A DNA stretch of 59,207 nt, the filler included, from an uncultured virus (IMG/VR IMGVR_UViG_2049941000_000702) (lineage: Duplodnaviria; Heunggongvirae; Uroviricota; Caudoviricetes). It is 19 parts of one record of this genome, joined end to end, with 100 filler letters (N's around TTAATTAATTAA, not from the genome) between each part and the next. Parts side by side here need not be neighbours in the genome. Positions count along the whole stretch, not along the records: positions 55,539 to 59,207 come from IMGVR_UViG_2049941000_000702; 18 more parts are not named here. The stretch is one strand, 5' to 3'. Shown one piece after another: positions 58,829 through 59,207 of the stretch. Position 1 is the stretch's first letter; every line of letters begins with the position of its first letter. The notes beneath the pieces were generated by a model. The model made no database searches. It saw only the letters and a program-made list of their open reading frames with translations, and was not told where the DNA came from. The translations under genes were made by a program, and so were the position numbers.

Positions 58829-59207
58829 ATCAGTGTCCTCCTGTTTTCAGTCCTATCTTATTTCGTGTTCGTGTATATGTTGTGTTTATGGTCCTTGTCT
58901 GGTATTATGGTTGTGATCATTGTACATAGCCTTTCCTTACCGTATGGGCTTACGGTCTGTAATTGGCGGCGCTGAATCCCTGCGGTAAGCGCCAGTTGTT
59001 GTGCTGGAGTCGGGTGAGCATATCTCCCGCCTGCCTGAACGTCCATGTGCCTACCTGCTTAAAACCGTAGCGCTCCAGGCAGCGGATCTGTTTGGGAGTA
59101 GACAGTCCGGCCTGCTGCCGGCGTATGAGCCGGTCGATGAGTATGCGCGCCTTGCCCGCGTTATCCACAGAGGCAGCGAGTATTCGTTTTCTTCATTCGT
59201 CATCCAG

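Overview
This is a heavily gapped pseudo-scaffold: short contigs joined by 10-N gaps, long N runs and an artificial N-TTAATTAATTAA-N six-frame-stop linker. It carries 2-4 co-assembled variants of a temperate siphovirus/prophage of a Clostridia-like Firmicute. Phage modules are mostly on the minus strand: replication (primase-helicase, SF2 helicase, RusA), an amidoligase/glutamine-amidotransferase operon (plus strand), DNA methylase, two terminase types, HNH, portal, capsid, tail, tape measure, Dit/Tal, tail fibres, C39 endolysin, holin and a large serine recombinase. Host-like or cargo genes are interleaved (LRR proteins, serine hydrolase, RHS-Hint toxin plus immunity, ECF sigma, IS66). The best signals are RNA-level and absent from the ORF track: (1) a promoter-to-terminator ~78-nt small RNA between Dit and Tal, seen twice, folding as an H-type pseudoknot reminiscent of a type III (CptI-like) antitoxin with no toxin; (2) a group I intron plus HNH endonuclease inserted right after the glycyl-radical Gly codon of a small NrdD-like gene; (3) a group II intron 5' half in the major tail protein gene with matching EBS/IBS; (4) a canonical pseudoknotted hammerhead ribozyme. 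There is also a LAGLIDADG intein in terminase, and fixed moron slots in the tail operon hold different self-promoted cargo genes in different variants. Adjacency across any N gap is unverified.
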